Of a stretch of 64,000 nt of DNA, positions 62,936 through 64,000 are shown piece by piece. Origin of the DNA: Paraphysomonas bandaiensis (lineage: Eukaryota; Protista; Chrysophyceae); NCBI GenBank assembly GCA_965644295.1, contig CBFFRP010000127.1:186001-250000 (forward strand), written 5' to 3'. The notes beneath the pieces were generated by a model. It saw only the letters and a program-made list of their open reading frames with translations. It did not search any database and was not told where the DNA came from. The translations under genes and the position numbers were made by a program. Positions within the stretch are counted from its first letter, which is position 1; each line of letters opens with the position of its first letter.

Positions 62936-64000
62936 TTACTCCTTTCCACAGAGTATATTCTTCAGACACACACCGACAACAGATACTAAAATAACAGCCG
63001 CAATCACGATGACTACAGTGTACACAGACACTTGCCAAAAGTCATTCGAGGCAGTACTATCATTCTCTTGTTCGTACGAATGTTGTCCTACTTCGCCAGA
63101 TAAGACAAGGGCGTAAGGCTGGGGGCCCATTGGTATAGAATACGGCGTTACTTTGACAGTATACTGTCCTCCAGGTGTAGGGTGATTTAGAATGATCAAC
63201 TCCAAGTTGTTTTTGCGATCGTACTTCCCATCACTGTTGGTTACCATAGGGTAAAATGTATGGGTCGAATTGCTTAGCTCGATATCCAAGTCATTTATAA
63301 GGGCATTACTTGTACCGAAAGCTCCAGGATAATCCTATGCACCACTTATTTGTCATTACACATAGATTACAGTAATTATATTCTCACCGTGTAGCTTAAT
63401 GTAACACGTATTGGTTTAGGTGCCGATACATTCGCGACGGTAAAAGAATATTCGTGCGGTGCATCACTCGAAGATAACTCCGCATACCGCTCACTTGTAT
63501 TATCTATTGCGCCCATTACAAATAGGGTCAGGCCATCTCTCGTGGCATTAGTAAATCCGAGCGAATTACTCAACTGAGTCCGCCCGTATCCCTGATTGAA
63601 ATCCCCCTGTGATGTAGAAGTATCAGCGTAGTCACTGTAAACAATGGCCGTAAGAGCCTCAGCCCCATGAACTAACATGGCCTTCACAAGTGACCCTGAG
63701 GGAACAAAGCCATCAGCATTTCTTCTAGATCCGCTTGGATAGAACCCTGTCATGAAGTATTCTCGCACCACGGCAGCATGTCCAGCTAGCAATGGGGCAG
63801 AGAATGAAGTACCCTGAACACGAGTGCGAGAGAAGTGAACGTCCTCAGTCCATGGGGACTCGTGTGTTGCAGTCATTACCAACGCACCTACATACATCCA
63901 CGTGTTATCGACACTACGCAAACAACAATAAGAGCAACACAGCACGTACACAATAGTGCATGAAGTAAATCATACACAAAACCACTTACCAACACCACAT
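62936..64000 (-). CDS. Subtilisin-like S8 protease (KP-43/TagABC-like) with a C-terminal TM anchor; 5' part outside the window
   Basis: Catalytic Ser motif GTSFSAP, VREYFMTGFYPSG, PSGSLVKAMLVHG, QGYGR, NDLDI, QPYALV, then a hydrophobic span. Confidence 0.9.

Overview
Eukaryotic, gene-dense window of moderate GC content with short (mostly ~45-60 nt) GT-AG introns and frequent head-to-head gene pairs. It is most likely from a flagellated stramenopile (inference from the 'GGMDMFGGGGGDY' C-terminus of the acidic ribosomal P protein, a BBS12-like chaperonin and oomycete/ochrophyte-style hAT motifs). Host genes: cathepsin Z, FAN1, a small membrane ORF, BBS12-like, PABP, a CCCH zinc-finger protein, a stand-alone MHYT sensor, two protein-identical alpha-tubulins 23.3 kb apart, a membrane protein with a discoidin-like domain, an AP2-domain protein, an FkbM methyltransferase, a folate-biopterin transporter, RPLP1, RPL34, ATP synthase OSCP, DRS1/DDX27, an ICME-like esterase and the 3' part of a subtilase. 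The AT-rich gaps hold mobile DNA: a pogo element with perfect TIRs, several CAGGG-ended hAT elements, a palindromic MITE family, Copia relics with two LTR copies, a decayed SF1 helicase, and six copies or fragments of a non-LTR retroelement family. The leading candidates for new biology are (1) the retroelement's conserved 3' RNA structure (CUUG and GNRA tetraloop hairpins with compensatory changes), (2) an intact gag-only ORF in a host-gene-like setting, (3) the output-less MHYT protein and (4) a FAN1 carrying an internal NZF finger with no recognisable N-terminal UBZ. Everything was read by eye, with no database searches; exon boundaries and decayed-element ends are approximate.
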